Sequence record: SRR31156797_2854
Reading direction: 5' to 3' (one strand)
DNA: 20,000 bases
Shown in pieces: positions 18,304 to 20,000 of the stretch. The position numbers and the translations under genes are program-made. Each line of letters opens with the position of its first letter. The first letter of the stretch is position 1. The notes under the pieces are model-generated. The model was not told the origin of the DNA and ran no database searches. It saw only the letters and a list, made by a program, of their open reading frames with translations.

Positions 18304-18612
18304 TTACCAGTTTTTCATATCCTTTGGTGCAACTACTTTGTGGGGAACACCTTCGCGGGGTTTGGCCATCATGGGGACCACTTTTTCGCGCCATTCCAGG
18401 TAGTGTGCGGTTTGTTTGTGTGCCTTAGCAGCTTCTTCATTTTCGTAGGCTTCGTAGAGCACAAATTTTGTTTCATCGTCATGAGACTGTAAAATATCGA
18501 AACGCATATTCCCGGTTTCTTTTATGGAACTTTCGTGGTTCTTCATGGTTGCTTTAATGAACTCATCCACGAATTCGGACTTAACATAAACGTGTACTGT
18601 GGTAACGATCAT
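18304..18612 (-). CDS. ABM/Dabb-fold protein, LsrG-like (putative quinol monooxygenase or isomerase)
   Basis: MIVTTVHVYVK...F..AT..NH..S..ETGNMRFDILQ...KFVLYEAY....A.AHKQTAHYLEWREKV..MMAKPR. Confidence 0.88.
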   Translation of the reverse strand: MIVTTVHVYVKSEFVDEFIKATMKNHESSIKETGNMRFDILQSHDDETKFVLYEAYENEEAAKAHKQTAHYLEWREKVVPMMAKPREGVPHKVVAPKDMKNW

Positions 18613-18632
18613 AATGGTATAATTTTATGATT

Positions 18633-18640
18633 CAAAGATA
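18633..18640 (-). promoter_or_regulatory. -7 promoter element for the ABM/Fe-ADH operon
   Basis: Reads TATCTTTG on the minus strand, 20 nt upstream of the ATG at 18612. Confidence 0.55.
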
Positions 18641-18695
18641 TCAGATTTATGGATTGGTGTTCAGGAACTCCTTATTATTTAACGAATTATTCTAA

Positions 18696-18840
18696 ACCAA
18701 TATTTCGGTGCGCTGCACCTTTTAATGGTTCAAGATATGAAAAGTAAAACCTGATTACCAGCGGCAGCGCCGCGAAATATTGGTATATCTAACAATGTAA
18801 TTAAAAATACGAAGGTGCAGCGCACCGTAAAGTTTCGTAG
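18696..18840. repeat. Cluster of three REP-like palindromic units (BIME-like)
   Basis: Unit 1 (+) 18696-18720 ACCAATATTTC-GGTGC-GCT-GCACC-T. Unit 2 (-) 18760-18784 ACCAATATTTC-GCGGC-GCT-GCCGC-T. Unit 3 (-) 18813-18840 CTACGAAACTTTAC-GGTGC-GCT-GCACC-T. Confidence 0.85.
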
Positions 18841-18988
18841 CCGGTTTTTGCTTACATTTAGCATTTAGCGAGCAGGTAAAGCTTTTCTATTGTGTAAAAT
18901 CAATGGTCATTATTCCCGGATCGCGAATACCTTCGAGCGGGAATTAAAAGCAGTTGAATACACTAAACCAAAAGTTAGTTTAACCCGT

Positions 18989-18996
18989 TAATTTTG
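18989..18996 (+). promoter_or_regulatory. -7 promoter element of the toxin-antitoxin operon
   Basis: TAATTTTG 22 nt upstream of the antitoxin ATG. Confidence 0.5.
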
Positions 18997-19018
18997 TTTT
19001 GAAATACATAATGTTATC

Positions 19019-19258
19019 ATGAACATTCAAGCAAAAAAATTAGAAATTATCCAGCTCATTTTGAATACTGAAAAGCAGGAAATTTTAAAAATAGTTGAAA
19101 ATATTTTAAAAAAGGGGCAGGCTGCTGATTGGTGGGATGATATCAGCAAAGAGGAGAGGGAGGCTATTGAAAAAGGAATGGCGGAAGCTGACCGGGGAGA
19201 ATTGATCCCTCATGAAAACGTAATGAGAGAGATAAAGGCAAAATACAAAATGGATTGA
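19019..19258 (+). CDS. Putative type II antitoxin (addiction-module component)
   Basis: 79 aa: KLEIIQLIL...DWWDDISKEEREAIEKGMAEADRGELIPHENVM. Its stop overlaps the toxin start (TGATG). Confidence 0.8.
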   Translation: MNIQAKKLEIIQLILNTEKQEILKIVENILKKGQAADWWDDISKEEREAIEKGMAEADRGELIPHENVMREIKAKYKMD

Positions 19259-19563
19259 TGAAAATCAGCTGGACACCTACCGCAAGAAAAACATACTTAA
19301 AGGTACTGGAATATCTTGATGAAGCCTGGACGCAAAGGGAAATTCAAAACTTTGTGGACAGAACAGAAGAAGTAATAACGTTGATAGCCAAAGATCCGGA
19401 AATGTTATAAGCGTCCCATAAAAAGAAAAATGTTAGAAAAGGGCATATTACCAAATACAACACACTTTATTACAGGATAAAACCACGAAAAAAGGAAATC
19501 GAGTTGATCACATTTTGGGATAACCGGTAAAATCCGGATAAGTTGGCATATTGGAAAGGTTAA
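19258..19563 (+). pseudogene. RelE/ParE-family toxin pseudogene with two in-frame TAA stops
   Basis: Manual translation: MKISWTPTARKTYLKVLEYLDEAWTQREIQNFVDRTEEVITLIAKDPEML*ASHKKKNVRKGHITKYNTLYYRIKPRKKEIELITFWDNR*NPDKLAYWKG*. Stops at 19408-19410 and 19528-19530, no frameshift. Confidence 0.85.
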
Positions 19564-19610
19564 ATTCCCGGATTGCCCCGAAGGGATGCCTTTGGCACAA
19601 AACCAGATTA

Positions 19611-19888
19611 GCGGAATTTATATGGTGGCTACAGAAGTTTTTTTCCGGAAATGACTGCTTCCCGGTAAAAAACCAAGCCTTATCTTTTTCCGCAACCTTA
19701 GTAGAACTGTGCCAGCCACAAAAATACCCCAAACCTTATTGGCTTATTCCCGGTTAGCCGGATAACAATAAGGTAATAAGGTTATTTTTATCCGGGGAGC
19801 TTCCTTTTCTACTAAGGTTTGGTTTTGGAAAATAAGGTTTTTCCGGCTTCGGTTGAATTTCCGGGCTTTCAGCGAAAACCTATTCCGC
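19611..19888. repeat. Long nested imperfect inverted repeat (rod-like fold) centred near 19755
   Basis: Paired blocks: GCGGAAT 19611-17/19882-88; CCGGAAAT 19645-52/19857-64; CCGG 19662-65/19843-46; CCTTAT 19678-83/19832-37; AACCTTAGTAGAA 19694-706/19807-819 (13/13); AACCTTATTGGCTTATT 19732-48/19767-83 (15/17). Confidence 0.8.
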
Positions 19889-19894
19889 AGCGGA

Positions 19895-19978
19895 AGTCAC
19901 CCCGTGATTGCTGTTTGGCAAAGTGCGAAATGTTTTGGAATGCAGGCACATGCTTCCGGGCAAATTCACGGGGTGACT
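19895..19978. repeat. Perfect 13-bp inverted repeat with a 58-nt spacer
   Basis: AGTCACCCCGTGA (19895-19907) and TCACGGGGTGACT (19966-19978). Confidence 0.8.
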
Positions 19979-20000
19979 ATCATCTCCTGCAAAACCTGTC

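Noticed and set aside
18302..18394. 31-aa N-terminal extension of the Fe-ADH in the ORF track
   Set aside because: It overlaps the ABM gene. Family similarity begins at MDFKIARIPEIIFG (ATG 18301).
622..18403. Numerous short ORFs antisense to or out of frame within the long genes
   Set aside because: They lie largely or wholly inside well-supported CDSs and have no recognisable motifs.
18696..18840. CRISPR array
   Set aside because: Only three units in mixed orientation with unequal spacing, and no cas genes in the window.
18787..18959. Integron attC site flanking the TA module (ATCTAAC ... GTTGAAT)
   Set aside because: The boxes are imperfectly complementary and about 170 nt apart, there are no L boxes, no matching site after the toxin and no integrase in view.
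19408..19530. TAA reassignment or readthrough as an explanation for the toxin stops
   Set aside because: Conserved genes in the same window (rel, fur, purA) end properly at TAA, so the standard code applies. Pseudogenisation is simpler.
19508..19757. Track ORFs 19508..19732 (-) and 19551..19757 (+)
   Set aside because: Non-ATG starts, overlap with the toxin remnant and the palindromic region, and no family resemblance.

Overview
Chromosomal window from a Bacteroidota (probably Bacteroidales-like) bacterium, inferred from a T9SS type-B cargo protein, TAnnTTTG promoter elements, Q-after-cleavage signal peptides and the rel-fur-purA gene order. Left to right: the 5' part of a signal-peptide-bearing MEMO1/AmrB gene (missing from the ORF track), divergent from a membrane-fused spermidine-synthase-like protein with degenerate catalytic motifs; a TolB/PD40 propeller; a T9SS cargo protein; rel, fur and purA; an exported MORN-variant protein; a SpoIIAA-like protein; a PorV/FadL-like barrel followed by a ComEA-HhH/barrel protein; an HsmA-like membrane protein; and an LsrG/ABM plus Fe-ADH pair. 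The last 1.4 kb is accessory: a three-unit REP-like cluster with compensatory stem changes, an intact antitoxin with a RelE/ParE toxin carrying two in-frame TAA stops (also missing from the track), and a non-coding nested inverted-repeat region of about 220-280 nt followed by a second 13-bp inverted repeat. The best candidates for undescribed biology are the AmrB/pseudo-SpeE pair, the barrel plus HhH-barrel pair and the terminal palindromic region. All calls come from reading motifs by eye; no searches were run.
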